Assembly: GCA_002633005.1 (NCBI GenBank)
Contig: NMRA01000023.1
Span: forward strand, 484,621 to 548,620
Source of the DNA: Phoronis australis
Taxonomy: Eukaryota; Animalia; Phoronida
DNA: 64,000 bases
Reading direction: 5' to 3'
This document shows positions 36,901 to 48,700 of this stretch, one piece after another; position 1 is the stretch's first letter, and each line of letters opens with the position of its first letter. The notes below the pieces were generated by a model, which was not told the origin of the DNA, did not search any database, and saw nothing but the letters and a program-made list of their open reading frames with translations. The position numbers and the translations under genes were made by a program.

Positions 36901-37130
36901 ACTACCGAAAGTGCCTACGATCGTCTTAGTTATGACCGCACTTTAACGTCATTGATTTTACACTCTCTCTATCTCTGTAGGTCCCTGGGAGGAGTAAAAT
37001 TTATTGCAATCTTATTTTCCAGGCTGCCATTCGCGAGTACTTTGGTACTCCAGCCACCCAAGCTATGGCTGTGTTTGCTAGCGGCTTCATCATTAGTGCC
37101 CTATATGTCGTTTACAAGAATCTGCGGTAA
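27912..37130 (+). CDS. BAX: Apoptosis regulator BAX (pro-apoptotic multi-domain Bcl-2 family), spliced gene, 210 aa
   Basis: Exons 27912-27960, 33800-33955, 34838-34922, 35505-35640, 36338-36436 and 37023-37130 join in frame. BH3 LRVIGDELD, BH1 IFADGVFNWGRVVALFYF, BH2 WILERGGW, and a BAX-type tail YFGTP followed by a TM helix. Exon 1 is the least certain. Confidence 0.92.
31818..32192. repeat. 47-bp minisatellite, 8 copies
   Basis: Unit aacacaacatatagcgatggtgtgaatatcaagtacggtatgttgaa, head-to-tail with no spacers. Confidence 0.95.
33800..33955 (+). CDS. BAX: BAX exon 2
   Basis: tttcag|DKPG...QARYLINQFIRDRM...GTPQ|gtaaga. Confidence 0.88.
34838..34922 (+). CDS. BAX: BAX exon 3 (BH3)
   Basis: ttttag|PPVEQIQEVARALRVIGDELDRDERLN|gtaact. 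Confidence 0.92.
35505..35640 (+). CDS. BAX: BAX exon 4 (BH1)
   Basis: gcacag|MIADIS...FNWGRVVALFYFGYKMVVK|gtaaag. Confidence 0.95.
36338..36436 (+). CDS. BAX: BAX exon 5 (BH2)
   Basis: ttgtag|AINSVPLIRTIIDW...WILERGGW|gtatgt. Confidence 0.92.
37023..37130 (+). CDS. BAX: BAX exon 6 (transmembrane tail)
   Basis: ttccag|AAIREYFGTPATQAMAVFASGFIISALYVVYKNLR*. Confidence 0.9.
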   Translation, partial: AAIREYFGTPATQAMAVFASGFIISALYVVYKNLR

Positions 37131-38685
37131 CTGAAGGGACATGTGATCTTGATGAACTGCTGTTTATGACGAAGTTGTCTTGGAAGGTGCTTGATGATCA
37201 ACATTGATGCAGTGAACACTCAGCAGGTGGTGGCAATTTACCTCCATCTGAGAATAGTTGGTTATGACACTAAGCCTGTCATGTGGTTTTACTAAATGCT
37301 TTGCAGTCAGTTCTGTTATTTATCATGTTGTGATACTGTTGCAAGGGGGGGCGGGGGGGGGGGCGTGGGATCCGGCCTCCTTCAGATGTGTGCATTTTTG
37401 GGGTTGTCGCAAACATTTGTCCTTCAGAATTTGTGGACCAGCAGTGACCTCATCAATCTGTCATTTTTAAGGCAAATATAGAATGGTCCATTTAGATGTC
37501 AGTGTGTCCCTATCAACTAAATGTGTTTGCCAATCTGCTTTAACACCTTAGCAGTAATCTCAATTCCTGTTTCTAAATCTAACGCAGTGCTGATTCAATC
37601 ATCACCTTAAGCAGTCCTTTACCTTATTTTTTCCCTAAAACTTTCTAAACTGGTTAGAGATTTTCTTTTTTTGAAAATGATCGTAGTACAGTGTACTTAA
37701 TGCAATTTTGAAAGAAACCATCTACGGTGTATTTAATCTTTTCTCGATATAACTTGTTGGGAGTAATGGATTTCAATTACAATGAACTTTTTGAGTGATA
37801 TCAGATTGAGAGTATCTTTTGGATTGATATCTCGCACGCAATAAATAAGAATCCCCTTCAATTGAATTTTCTGACCACCCAGGGTATAATTAGAGAAAAA
37901 TGTCAATTACTGTGCACTAGTCTGACTAGTTATGTTATCGAACAGTTGGTATTTTTGACTGTGAATTGCAGTTATCATTGAATTCACTTTATGAGTAAAA
38001 TCATGAACAAATTCCTGTTTGAAAGCTTTTCCATTTTTCTGTTCATTCACAGCTGCAAGTGTGTTGGTTCATAAGTTATAGTTGTTGTGTACAGTGCTAT
38101 TGTTCTCATACCGGTCTTTTATGTTAAAACATTTTTTAATGTGGATGAAATTTTTGTTTCAATCATATCTTGCATAGTTTGACCGATGTCAGTTTGTGTT
38201 ATCTGTACAGGAAGCTAGTCAAAATTGTATTTATTTGTGTAAAAGTACATTTAACCTTTAAAGAGGCATTAAAAGTAGGTTTTGCACTTAAAAAGTGCCA
38301 GCTGCGGCTTGTTCTCATGTAATAGCCTTTGACTAAAGACACGTTCACCAGTTTATTGTCAAGCCTTGTCCCAGTGGTGCCATACTTAAAAGTAATGTAA
38401 TAGCAATTGTCATTTGGAAACTACAAGATTTTGTGATGGAGTCAGTCACGATATAGCAGCACGAATTTTTTGAAAGATGAATAAGAGCAGACTCTCTCTG
38501 ATTCATACTGCATCTTATTGTGGAAATATAGGCAGCATTTGCAGTATTAACTCTTTTGCTACCTTTGTTTTTTTACCTGAATCATTGATCAGGAGACTTC
38601 GGAATGATGCAACTATTTCAGCTGGGCAGAGCCTCCTGGTGGGTGTTTTCAAAGCTATACAACTGAAAGTAATCTGACACTATTT

Positions 38686-38822
38686 GATTTGGCAAACTTG
38701 TGAATGTGCTGGTTGTTGCAAGCACTTGTAAAGGACAATATTTGAAGGATTTGGCAAACTTGTGAATGTGCTGGTTCATAATTGTTGCAAGCACTTGTAA
38801 AGGACAATAGTTGAAGGATTTG
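38686..38822. repeat. Tandem duplication, ~62-69 bp x2
   Basis: gatttggcaaacttgtgaatgtgctggtt...gttgcaagcacttgtaaaggacaata occurs twice. Confidence 0.85.
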
Positions 38823-41800
38823 AGTGATCTAATTGCCTTTGCAAATAGTTAGTATGAAAACCAAAACTGATTTCAATGCCTTTTTTAACTAATTCTACAT
38901 TCCTCAGTGGGATGTTCTGTACCCGAAGTAGAACCGTATGTCGTTTGCTGTGTCGTGCTTCTGTCATATCTGCTTTGTTACGTTTGTTATAAGTTAAGTA
39001 TACTGACATGTGTTTATGTGTTGTATCTGTGTCGCTGTAAGTACAGTATCTCTAAAAATTTGCACACCCACCTCATTTAGCCTTCTAAAAAATTATACGA
39101 TCACCATAATGTTGCGTGTTAGTGCCCAGGCGCTTATTTTTTTCAAGGGCATTTTTCACGTGACGCTTATTCAAGAACGGCTCTTATTTAAGACCTTTTA
39201 AAACAAAAGTGTAGAAGGTTCATGTTGTAAACACTGTTAAAACAAAGATTACATAATTCATGACTTTAATGCTTTCAACGCATTTACTAAATAATTAATT
39301 TCTTTGTGCTCTTTCAAATCATATGGTGACTTAATTAATAGGAGGCCCCAGAATATCCAGGAAAACGGTAAATTACTGTCAGAGTTGTTCTTGTAATCCG
39401 TCATGAATTACTGCCCATAAAAGTTATTTTACAATAGTGTTTGTACTTGGTTTTACCAGCCACTTATTAGAGACTGACAGTTACATTTTAAAGGACCATT
39501 TCTAATACGTAACATTAGCAGTAGTTTGTTTGAAATTGCCATATGGTGGGTTTCTTGTGCACCATTTTTGAATTTTTTATCCAGCTGGGTGCATTTAGGT
39601 TGCAGTTTCTAGTATTTAGAAAAGATTTAGTTTGATTTGGTCATATCAACCTTTGACACAACTGATACAATTGCGTAATTACTAGCAATTAATTAGAAGC
39701 AACTTTGTTCGTCTCTTTCTTTATTGTGGGTGTCAGCTACATCCAATGTTTCTGCCAATTTCCCTCTTCCATTTTGAAAAATGAATACATCGTGTGTATA
39801 ATTAGAGATCTGAAGATGCTTCAGCAACATGTAATTCTCAGACATGAAGCACACTATTTTTGAAATTTGTGGACAAGTTATAAAAATAGTATTGTTATTA
39901 CTGTGGTTTAAGTTGTAGTAATAGTATTGTTATTACAGTAGTACAAATTGTATGTAATATTGTTATTAGAGTGGCACAAGGTGAATAGCTCTCATATGGG
40001 TGGGTTATCTGTATTTGTCATCTTCCAGTCCCGTCCAGTTAGGGATACCACGCAAACTTTGATTTACAATATTCTACCGAGAGGTGAGCCAGCAAAATCC
40101 ACATGGGAGGGGAAAGCACTTTTTTTCTCCCCGTAGAATGCAAGCACTCCTATTTTTAAATTATGTAACTTTTTGTAACGTCACCTAATCAAATTGTATG
40201 TCACTGATTGTTGTGCACTAGTTCAACTGGTCCTACCACCCAACCCCTGCGATTTCAAATGGACAAAAGCCAACATGGATAAACATTTAATTTAATTATT
40301 TCGATTAATGTTTAAGTTTACAATTTAGTGAAAATGGGCAATTAAACATATTGTTTCCACAGATGATGGAGAATGGTCCAGAAATGATCATACAAATTAG
40401 ATTTATCTCCTGTTTACGACATGGAAATTGTAAGAACTCACACACTAAATGGACCATCATCAGCCAACACAGTAGTTTTCAGGCGGAGCTGTCGTCTCAG
40501 TTCTTGACTCCCCTAACTAAAGAAGCTGGATATAAATGTAGACACATTAACAGTTTGTAGATTCAGAGCCCTAACAGTATTGGTTATTCAGAGTTATCAG
40601 TTGTAGAATGGGTAGTTGTGCAGCTGAATTCAGTGTAGATGGATATTGCATGGAATTCTGTTTTGGTGTACATGAACTTTTTGTACAAACCAAGTGATAA
40701 TACTCGCAGCTACAAATTAATGGGTCAAAATACCAGTAAATATATTATCATTTACCAAAGCCAATATTTGCTCTGCACATAAAGCACATTTTTTATTTCA
40801 ATGGCTTTGTTCTTCTCCCATACCGATTTTATTGGAACAATCCTTTATGCAAGACTTGTCAAGTCTTATGAATTATAGCCAACAGCGTCATTTATTTATT
40901 CTAGATGTATGGTAATAACCAGTTTGAACAGTGTAATAAATTAAAGACAAGTTCGAAATAACACTAGATAGTTGATCACTTAGCATACTTCCACATAGAG
41001 TGGTCTTGGAACACCTGGTGATGTTTGGCAACAATTGGTGTACAGTTCCAATACCAACACTTAGGTTGACCTAATCCTTCTGTCTCACAACGCCAGACCA
41101 GTCCATTCAGAATCAAGTATAGCCACAGCCACATTGTAAACAAATTATGTGGTCATACCAGAACGGTAGCCTGTGCATCTAGGTTTACAGTCAAATCCTA
41201 TTCATTTATTGTCTGTAACAAAAGAATGTTGAAAATGGCACTTAAAGTGGCAAAAAAATCTGCCGTCCAACATAGGAAAACTGCTTACTGTTCTGAAATT
41301 GGTGTAAAAAATTTCCCTAGATTAATGGGAGGTGATTTCAAGACTTTAAAAGACTTGAAGATTCATTGGTGCTAAAGACTAGGCTCGACTTGTGGCGTGT
41401 CGTTTTATGCGCTGAGCAAGGCCTCGAGGAATAGTGAAGTGATAGTTCATTGCAATCCCAGAAATCATTTCTGAGTACAGGACAAATTGTGAGCAGCAAG
41501 TCACGTGCTGTAAATGAAGAGTTCATACCTTGGATGTAACACAAGGATTACAGCAACTCTTTGTTGGGTGTAACAGTAACCTAGATCCTAAAAAGCGGTG
41601 TGGGCTCAAAACTTCTAACAGGTTTTAGTGCACTGTAAAGGTGCTTTGTTACGAACGTTAATTCAATTTTTTAAGTTTGAAATTAACTGCAAGACTTGTC
41701 CTACTGAACCTGTAGACAGCAATGCATGCATTCTGGTTATGTAGTGTTTTATTCTCAAAAAAACTGCCTTCCAAAATATCCAGCATTTCAATTTCTTGGT

Positions 41801-42267
41801 GTCCATTAAATAGTTCAGAGCATTACACCGTACACGGAATGATCCTGGAAAATAGCACGACTCAGGTGGTTATTTTTTATCAACAAAAACATGAGAGGAT
41901 AACCAAGGAATGATTCTCATTTCTTTGGTTTTATTCTTTTAACTCGTCAAGCATTGCAGTCAAAATGACGGCGCATCAATTAAATCTGGTCTTTTTACCA
42001 AGGTTGCATAAAATGGTGTACAAATGCTACCTCAAGCGAACACTGCCTAAACCATGAACGCCGCATGTTTGCTTACAAGATAAAGATCCTTTATTAATTA
42101 GCGCCACCTGGTGAATATTGACTCGCCAATTACCATTACATAATATATGAGTAATGCAGTTCTTTCGATTGGAATTTGAAACTGACCAATCAGGATGTTT
42201 CTCCTGAAGTAGGTGGAGAAGACTGCTATCAAATAACACAGCATGAGGTACACTTCTACATGCAGAC

Positions 42268-42273
42268 TTTATT
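42268..42273 (-). promoter_or_regulatory. Candidate polyadenylation signal of SBF (~3.4 kb 3' UTR)
   Basis: AATAAA on the minus strand at the end of a long U/GU-rich, TGTA-rich tract downstream of the SBF stop codon. Confidence 0.35.
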
Positions 42274-43879
42274 TAAATTAGCATTTCATGGTATGTACAG
42301 CACCGTGGTAACTACAACACAGACATCATATGTACAGAGACCACAAATCTATAACGCAATTCCTGTACAGTAAAATACATCAAACAAAACATTCTTTCAT
42401 GACACGAAAAACAACCTATTTTTAACAAGGAGCCAAGACAACACTGAGTTCCAATGCTAAATATCACAAGCCAAAATTTGTTCAGATTGGGTTATACCCA
42501 CATTTGCGTTCAATAGTGTCGGAGGTACATTCATGACATTGGGTAAACCAGACGCATTTGTGAAAGGATACAGAAATCGATTTGACTGATATTTGACCTA
42601 CACTCAAGGTCAAATGTAGGTCACAATTTCAACACAACTTGTAGTTGTCAGTGTATACAGTACAAACCAAAATATGCCAACAAGATTCCATTTCTTCATC
42701 ACAATGACCAATTCTTCTTGGAGCAAAAATGGTGGGGACTTCTGCCTGAGCAGGGTTCGGGATTTCACCAAAGACTGTGGTCAAAATAAATAGAACAGGA
42801 TAGAGCCCGGGAGAGATGTGACACTGTGATCCAAGACAAGAGCCCAAAGAGGAACGCAGGTTATTCCTTGAATCTTGACAATGCAGTGAGTAGAATTAAA
42901 AAATTGCACACACACCGAGTTCAAACCTAAAACACTACACAACAATGTACAATGGCCAGCTGGTTCACCATTTCTATACAACCAAAATAGTTTTATGTTT
43001 CTAGGTACAAACGGTCTGTACCAATAGAACAGCTGTACATAGAATATACACAAATATATACAGCCCATTTACAAGAAGAAATTAAATAATAACACGTACC
43101 AGCCAACTCCGTGCGCGAGATGTCGCAATATTTACACAGAATGGCTTCAATAGTTTCTACAGATAAATTACGACACAAACTATGTCAGCAGAAACGACAG
43201 ATCAAATGTACTCTTGAGCTCAGTAATAACATATTAACTACATGTTATATCATATCACTGCATTGTTCGGGGTTTCTTCTGTAGGTAAACTTAAGATAAA
43301 ATGTACGCAGAAAGACATTAACAGCAACTAGGTTATTAAACATTTGATAGACCATTCAAAATATCTTTTATTCTCCAAACTTTTAGGGTTGATGTTACAC
43401 AGAGCCCACTGTCTAGTGACTTCACTCCCTAATACAGTAGGTTTATCAAAACTAACTGGACAACTTAGAACTTTGGCTTAGTTTTGAAATAAGAGAGTGC
43501 ATTTGATATCCACTCAGCTATAACAGGAATCGGTTTTAATTCCTGTTAAATGTCAAAATCTCTCCTTCTTTGTAGCTATTTATTCTTCCTACCTAATCCA
43601 TTTCCACACAGAATTAGAAGCTAGATGAAGTAACGGCAAATTAATCTCCAACTTAGTTACAGACGTGGTATTTTATAACGACAAAACTTGCATAACATTG
43701 TGTATCAGAATCTGAGATAATTTTGAACAGCACTGTGACTAAAAGTTCACTTTAAAAACTACTGTACACAGCGAGCGAAAAATAAGAGACAAAAATTACA
43801 CGTGACGGCCTACATGAGAACCATGACATAAAACACGTAAATCTGTAAGCAAAATATGAAAAATGAACACCAGGTTACG

Positions 43880-44005
43880 CCATCTCCATAGTATTTAAAT
43901 AACGTAATCTCCATAGTATTTAAATAGTACCATCTCCATAGTATTTAAATAGTACCATCTCCATAGTATTTAAACAGTACCATCTCCATAGTATTTAAAC
44001 AGTAC
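43880..44005. repeat. 25-bp minisatellite, 5 copies
   Basis: Unit ccatctccatagtatttaaatagta. Confidence 0.92.
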
Positions 44006-45706
44006 ATAATTAAACTTGACTGGGAGATAGTGCTACTCACATAAATAAGAAATCACAAGAAGCTTGAAAAATCTCATCTAACACGTAGAGATACATAACG
44101 TACGTCTAAATCCTTATCAAACCTGACTTTGTACCAAGCACCCGACGGTGACTTCATTACTGTCTAAAGAAAATACCCCATTCACCAACATAAACACTGG
44201 TGCCTGCCACAGATCTGCAGCCAGGGCAGGCCTCTGGGTTGGGATGGAAGCCAACCGAAAGGGATCTTATCTAGCACAATAAATAGGCCCATTTGCAATA
44301 CACAGCTATACAAGCTGTTCCCATTGTGCGTTACAATGTGTCGCGTTGAACTTCAGGACGATTTATCGTGATTTTAGAAGTGCCAGAGGGTTGACAGTAC
44401 TGCACTGTGCATCAGTATGTACCCCATGAAGAGGAAGTACCCTCGCACCGTCATGGTTTGCTGTTACTGTCTGCCCCTTCACCAATGTTATCAGCTGATG
44501 CTATTTTTGAGTTGCGACGAAACCCAACAACATTGCAAGACGACAACAGCTTGTAGTTATACTGCGCAGTTTGGACGTTAAAAACACACACAAGTGCATC
44601 AAACACTACTCAACTTGAGAATGATGTACAAAGGCAAGGCATATTGCACTCGAGAAATCACTGTCAAGTCAGTGATAAAGCAAGCAAACTATTACGTTCC
44701 CAGAGAACACACCTACATTGAAACAAGACCAACTGCCTCACATGTACATGGTACTAACCAACAGGCAGCGACATCTACTAAGAAAATAAACAGTGAGCAC
44801 CTCCACTGATTTACACACAAATTGCACACACACATTGAAATGTACTAAATCCAATTGTTTGACTAATAACCAACTATTATTGAACTGACGTGGAACCAGT
44901 GGACACATGACTAGCCAGAAGACACAGCACAATGATGAACCAATCACGCCACCTACTGGCGGCACGCTGATCTAGAACACCAAGGTGCTGTGCTTCCACA
45001 GTTGGTTGTAAAGTAGAACACTCTTCACTTCATGACCAGAACTTCATGGTGTATACGGTAAAATCTCACCAATTCAGGACAAAAAATGGCGGATGAGTGA
45101 GATTTTATTTTCTCATTTTTCTCATAAAGGATCTGCAGCAACAAAGTAATACTTGACTAAGTTCAATTTTGTAGCACGACTACCATCAGACAATATCTTG
45201 AAAAACATTCACAACAATGGTAAAAGCCTTGAAAAATGAAAAAAAATCGGCAATTATTTTGGCCGAAATTGATGAGATTTTACCGCAGGAACTTTTCCAT
45301 GTCATGGTGTTCTTAAAATGTAACAGTATCTCCACACCAGTTGTAATGCAGTCACATATTCCACATAATCGTTTTGTGAAAGTTTCAGACTGGCAACAGG
45401 TTCTCAAGCTACTTCACATAATACAACTGCTATGACTGATCACAGAGCTGATTTACTAGCACCACACTGAACTCGGGTAAGACAAACCGATCACTACAAA
45501 TGGCCGTGAATTCTCTAAGCACTTTGACTGGTCACGCATCTTCAAAAGTCATCACTAGCTATGCAGGCAACTAGTCACACATTCACTATCTCCTACAAAC
45601 GTTCACACATTACTGAACCATGACTAGTACACTTTCATCACTGCGCAGCTGTGACAGGAAACAGATCCTACAGCCATTACTACACAGGACATCGCTCTAC
45701 ACGACA

Positions 45707-45799
45707 TCACTGTATACAGCTCTGTATCTTGTCGATCCACTCTTGTGCCTCACGTCCGTTAGGAGCTAGGAAGTGATAGAACCTCTTACTAGTCTTCAT
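45707..45799 (-). CDS. SBF2: SBF last coding exon (PH C-terminus)
   Basis: tttcag|[12 protein letters not shown]...[11 protein letters not shown]. Confidence 0.92.
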   Translation of the reverse strand: MKTSKRFYHFLAPNGREAQEWIDKIQSCIQ

Positions 45800-48700
45800 C
45801 TGAAATGACCAAGAGACCAGCCACTGACATTACAGTTTATAGCAATGGCAAGACAAGTTGGGTGATTATCAAGAGATTAGCCACTGACATTACAGTTTAT
45901 AGGTCAGTTAGTTGATAAGTGAACTTGTTTAAACCATCATCAAGTAACAGCTAATTAAAAACGACCCAATGTGTTGCAAAAGATGGTGTTCAGTGCCCAA
46001 TTGCAAGAAACACTCCCAAATAGGAACTCAACTAAGTTCCCTAAACCTGAGTATTTGTGGACTTGTAAAAACACTGACTGTGCTTGTTCATGGTGTTTTT
46101 GTTTCACTATGTAGTCAATTTTTGGCTTTTATACAACTCCGGAGTGAACCCTATGTTTAATTCTCGATATCATTGAAAACAAGTAGGGATCTTTGCATGC
46201 AATGCCCCTTATTTGGCACTGAAATAAGTATTAATATTTTATAACATGTCATTTACCCACCATGTAGTCATAAGTTACACAAATATCTTTTGAACATCCT
46301 CAATTAACGTTCTCTGTTGATGAGCGACAGTGACACATCTTATAACCAATAAGAATTTTTTGTCTCCCCAGCTTCCGAATAAAGAGAAAGTTAGTCAGTC
46401 AAGATCTTACTGTTCAAACACTGCGCCTGCCAATTCAAAATATCAGTGTCCTATAGCATGTGTCAAGTGAGTAGCAAATATAGAAATTATGAACCAGGCA
46501 ATATTCAGTGACTGGTGTACCTCGAAGCCAGCATTCTTGTCTGTCTTCTTGGGCGCCTCCTGAACGTTCTTGAGCGGGGCTACAGACACCACCTCAGCCA
46601 GGTCCACCAGGCCCTTACAATGAGAGTCCTCTGCAGTGTCGTAGTATCTCAGCTGGTGTTTGACAGAGTCCAGCACAAACCAGCGTTGCTTCCAACCTTT
46701 CAAGAGGGCACCACGCTTGAACAGGTAACCCTCATGAGTCCGGTGTTCACTGTGGTTCGACGTGAACTGGTCATACATGGTGGTGTTGGTGACTAGAGTA
46801 TCTAGTAAGAAGGGGGTGATATCAGTCAACTCGACAATCTAACTTTCCACTTACAAATCTGAGACAAACCAAACAGTTAGATGAGTTTAACTTAAGTGAA
46901 GGATGACTGCAATTTTATTCATTCCCAGCATCCCCCTCCCTAGATACCATGAATGGGCTACTGAACTTTCATTTCTTATCCCGGGCAACAATATTTTCAT
47001 AATAAAGCTTTCACAATAGATTTCAATAAGTCATGATCACTGTTCAAAATTGTAGCTGTACAAACCTGCCTGAAAAAGACAGCAAATCAATTCTCCACTT
47101 ACTTTGTAAAAACATTGTCATTTCTCCATTTTCAAAGGCTGATTAGTGCAAATAGTGGAAAGTTTACCAGAAATTGTTTGATGGCATCTACACAATACAA
47201 ATCATACTGGTGATAAACAAAAATCTTCTTCCTCTTTATTTTTGTGGAAAAAATTAAAAATTAGAATTTTGCTTGTTGGCCATATTGTGCTAAATAAGTG
47301 AAGAATTAATTATAACCGTTGCAGCAGTGCTTTATGTTTTTGCATTAGGTTGTACACATTATGTTGATGACCATTATAACAACCTGAGGCTACAATTGTT
47401 CATGGATGAGCACCACTTTTGTCAATAATTAAACATTCACCTTCTCTTCCCCAACTCTGCAACAGGTCTTGAAAAATATCAGCCACAGCTGCATGCTTTC
47501 AAAATAAAAATTTGACAAAATTTCTTGTTGGAAATCGACAACAATTCAAAATGAAAATTTCTGGCTCATGTTCAATGATTTTTTGGTTAAAATCGAAATC
47601 AAGATGGCTCTGTGGCGGCCATTTTGCGAGTGTGTTTTCCTTCTATATTTTCACCGTAGCTACGACCTGACCAATTTTGACTAAACTTGTCATTTTTTGT
47701 TGAAAAACTACGACACCTGATTGAAAGCATCAACCCCTGTGTAATAACTCGGAATCGTTGTCTACTTCATTTAGATACCACAACTTCCTATTACCACATT
47801 TCCTCACCTGTTGTCGTGACACTAGGAGTCTCCTGCGTCGAAGTCGTCTGAGTACCCGACTTGGTGGCCAGACTGAGGCTACTGCTACCACCATTGGAAT
47901 CAGACATGGAGGAGCGGAGGCGGGCACAGTTCTTGGGCACCTGGCCTAGACACTTTTCATGGCTGTTGTAACCACACTCAGCACACTTCATACCTGCAGC
48001 AAGACACAGGTAAGGCTCTGATACACTAAGAGAGTTCAAAGTAGGGCCTGGAAAACATGTGGTGTACCCTATAAACCATGTGAAAGTTACCCGTATTTGT
48101 CCATCCCCAGCCCGTATCATCAAGATGTTAAAATACCGGCTCAAATGTTCTGAAAATGAGTTTGTTGTGACAGGGCTTTCAGAAAGACACTTAAAAGATA
48201 GGACCAACATTTCGCGTCTCTTCTGTCACACGGGTGACAACTAGGCAGTGACCTGTTGACTGGTGGGGCTGAGTCGGACAGGCCCAGACAGCTAATGTTA
48301 TGTGTGACTGGCCACCCCTTGCCCACCGGTCACTGCCTAGATACTGCCAGATTGACATTCATGAACTGTACAGTGAGATGTGAAGATTCAAACACAGGAA
48401 ACTTGCCAGCACCAAAAAGAAACTGCCCACAGAGCAAACTAAGAGGTACCAATCAAAGCCCAAAGATAATTAACGATTCAAATGGCAACACCGAAGTTTA
48501 AAATACAGCATGGAAGTTCACACAGTCAACATTTCCTAACCATTTAGAAATAAAATAGACAGTCAAACCGCATCACCATGAACCAACCCTCTTGTGGCAA
48601 GCTCACTGTCGGTATCCAAATCAACGTGTATACAGTGGCCAGGACTTATGGATTGGATCGTTATACGCAAGGGAGCATAAAATTGTACACCATTTGGGCA

